From the NCBI GenBank assembly GCA_963716255.1, contig OY970303.1, positions 1,088,001 through 1,152,000 on the forward strand: DNA of 64,000 bases. Direction: 5' to 3'. The DNA comes from an uncultured Gemmatimonadales bacterium. Its GTDB lineage: Bacteria; Gemmatimonadota; Gemmatimonadetes; Longimicrobiales; Longimicrobiaceae. Position numbers and translations under genes: made by a program. How positions within the stretch are numbered: the first letter of the stretch is position 1; each line of letters opens with the position of its first letter. Shown one piece after another: positions 63,601-64,000 of the stretch. A model generated the notes under the pieces. That model had not been told where the DNA came from. It worked only from the letters and a program-made list of their open reading frames with translations, and ran no database searches.

Positions 63601-63998
63601 TGGTCGTACGCCCGCAGCATCTCCGCGCGCACCCGCTCCAGCAGCTCCGTCCAGGTGGGGTCGCCCGACAGGTCGGCCCGCAGCGCCAGCATGTTGACGA
63701 AGAAGCCGATCAGCCGCTCCACCTCCGGCCGGGTGCGCCCCGCGATGGGGCTGCCCACCACCAGGTCCTCCTGCCCGGAGTACCGCGCCAGGAGCGCCTG
63801 CCACCCCGCCAGCAGCGTCATGAACAGCGTCGCTCCCTGCTGCCGCGAGAGCGCCCGCAGCCGGTTGGAAAGCTCCGCCGACAGGCCGAAGCCGTGGCTG
63901 GCCGCGTGCGGGCTCAGCCCCACCGCGCGCGGGCGGTCCGTAGCGAGATCCAGCAGCGGAGGGGCCTCGGAGAGCCGCGTCTTCCAGTACTCGATCTG
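60606..63998 (-). CDS. 3' part of an NRPS: partial C(LCL)-A-T-TE termination module; 5' end lies outside the window
   Basis: Frame stays open to the window edge (QIEYWKTRLSEAPPLLDLATDRPR); A code DVEEAGAIT (Arg/Lys/Orn clade); PCP GGHSL; thioesterase LFLVHPGGG, GGWSLGG, PGTHYSML. Confidence 0.95.
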   Translation of the reverse strand, partial: QIEYWKTRLSEAPPLLDLATDRPRAVGLSPHAASHGFGLSAELSNRLRALSRQQGATLFMTLLAGWQALLARYSGQEDLVVGSPIAGRTRPEVERLIGFFVNMLALRADLSGDPTWTELLERVRAEMLRAYDHQELPFDRLVEELGVERSLTHSPVFQTIFTLNLPYGSSDRLELGGLRIEPFDGADPIAKFDLDLVFTDGGGALGGALVYRRALFDAGTMERMAEHLVTLLEAMAADPGRRVAELSLLSAAERVQVLDAWNATARAYPRDLRLHDLFAAQAGRTPDAPALVFEGQALTYAELDAGSNRLSRLLRRHGVGPETRVAISLERGPGMVLAVLGVLKAGGAYVPLDPAYPVDHAAYVLADSGAALVLTQTHLAASFATGGVPLLALDALQAELAVEPAEAAESGAAPDNLAYVIYTSGSTGQPKGVGVQHRSVVNYTYAARDFYRLTARDRVIQFHSLSFDVSVEEIFITLLAGAALVLRDDEMVGSAARFFERCEEWGITVLEVPAAYWHELAAALDRGEARLPGCVRLAAVGGERMLPERVAQWRRLVGDTVELVNAYGPTEATITATMSRVGEGVLSIGGPIANMRTYVLEPTLEPAPVGVPGELWIGGAGVARGYLGRPEATAERFTPDPFCREAGARMYRSGDRVRWLATGELDYLGRLDEQVKVRGFRIELGEIEVVLRGHQTVEEAVVVVRKDASGDGRIVAYVTPAGGAAADPAELRAYAGRQLPEYMVPSALVVLEVIPRTPSGKTDRRALPAPTWTGGGEGDGAPRDELEMAITEIFGEVLNVPAVGLRDSFFDLGGHSLLAVQLMSRLEKALGVRIPMASLFRAPTVELLAEEVRRGGGGTPLLVPMRFGRGRAPLFLVHPGGGNLMAYVGLVKELDAEQPVFGLRSRGIEYDETPNWTVEEMARDYLAAIREVAPSGPYRLGGWSLGGVIAFEMARQLEAAGETVEPLLLIDSRSPRLDDPDGPARSSALQQVRRFAEDLGLPGDRLPLPEEEQGDADEVAYLREVLVAARLAGLVPEALDLARMQHLYGVFKINVQAMQDYRPGSYGGRIVLLRARKRTLSQRLFRSRTFGWERVATGGVEVLAVPGTHYSMLREPHAAALAREIERALG

Positions 63999-64000
63999 CG

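Noticed and set aside
63921..63923. GTG start given by the ORF track for the - strand NRPS
   Set aside because: It lies mid C domain and the frame stays open to the window edge, so the true start is outside

Overview
Very GC-rich bacterial DNA. The NRPS style resembles Gemmatimonadota/Longimicrobium or myxobacteria, but that is an impression only. The window is almost entirely one giant nonribosomal peptide synthetase (NRPS) locus. Left to right: an exported copper/TPQ amine oxidase (+), a cytochrome P450 with a non-canonical I-helix (+), and a convergent cobalamin-dependent radical SAM enzyme with the CX7CX2C motif of RiPP C-methyltransferases (-). A ~480-bp divergent control region with hairpins follows, then a ~44.5-kb single-ORF NRPS with 14 C-A-T modules (+), a 3-module NRPS (+), a terminator hairpin, and the 3' end (C-A-T-TE) of a convergent NRPS that runs off the window (-). 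Manual Stachelhaus reading of the + strand line gives Ser-Leu-Ser-Ser-Gly-Gly-Gln-Leu-Gln-Ala(like)-Gly-X-Pro/Pip-X(anionic?) | X(basic clade, odd)-Ile/Val-Thr, plus an Arg/Lys-like TE module on the other strand. I found no E, MT, Cy or TE domains on the + strand, yet that line begins with a DCL-type C domain. Best candidate for something new: a split, non-collinear NRPS of at least 18 modules that appears to have recruited a RiPP-family B12 radical SAM methyltransferase and an atypical P450, has several unassigned A-domain pockets, and shows recent module duplication and gene conversion. All substrate and partner assignments are by-eye inferences.
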